In this document: piece after piece, positions 35,277 to 35,642 of the stretch | How the letters are laid out: every line of letters starts with the position of its first letter | Position numbering within the stretch: position 1 is the first letter of the stretch | Origin: Nemertoderma westbladi | Lineage: Eukaryota > Animalia > Xenacoelomorpha | DNA length: 35,642 bases | Direction: 5' to 3' | Assembly (NCBI GenBank): GCA_032718475.1 | Contig: JAUCBJ010002012.1 | Coordinates: 1-35,642 of the forward strand | The notes under the pieces: model-generated | The model's input: the letters and a program-made list of their open reading frames with translations, nothing else | Told to the model about the DNA's origin: nothing | Database searches by the model: none | Program-made: the position numbers and the translations under genes

Positions 35277-35642
35277 TACAGTAATAATAAATAAATAATG
35301 TTTATTTTTAAATTATTACTTTTTCGCTCGAATATACCCCAAAATCGGGAGAAAAAGTTTCACTTTTTTCCTTAGGGAAAAAAAGTATCACATAGGATTG
35401 ATTGCATTGACTTTTCTTTTCTCCCGGCGAAAAAAGTAATCTTAAATATTTTTGGTGGAATTTCTTAAATTTTATTACATATTGAAATAACATCGACGTA
35501 GAAAAGGTTTGGAAGTAATTTGAGCAAAATCCATTCTCAAACTCAACAGTTATGATTGGAAACTTTAGTGTCTCTCTTTAATCGCTCTATCTATTATTAA
35601 CTCTATTAGTACCGGTCTATAAAATGTTGTACAAATACCGGG

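Overview
Eukaryotic (invertebrate-like) transposon-dense window with no intact host gene. Left third (minus strand): a decayed BEL/Pao LTR retrotransposon (gag-PR-RT-RH-IN, 10474->3748). Downstream of integrase it is followed by a long frameshifted extra ORF (2529->beyond the window edge) with a 3'-5' DEDDy/WRN-like exonuclease-type region and CCHC zinc knuckles. One 19-nt GNRA/bulged-A hairpin recurs seven times across the leader, gag, pol and this extra ORF, and three kink-turn/hammerhead-core-like hairpins sit in the leader. Further right: a Mutator-like/Kolobok-type transposase broken into three pieces; a recent 412-bp tandem repeat joining a tRNA-type Pol III promoter to a canonical minimal hammerhead ribozyme; a decayed large DNA-transposon gene with an intron; a 5'-truncated CR1-type LINE with a 23 x 30-bp hairpin minisatellite, nested in a Helitron-like element; a second Helitron-like copy; a Gypsy pol remnant; and a TA-flanked non-autonomous TIR element. 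All calls come from reading motifs by eye; no database searches were run.
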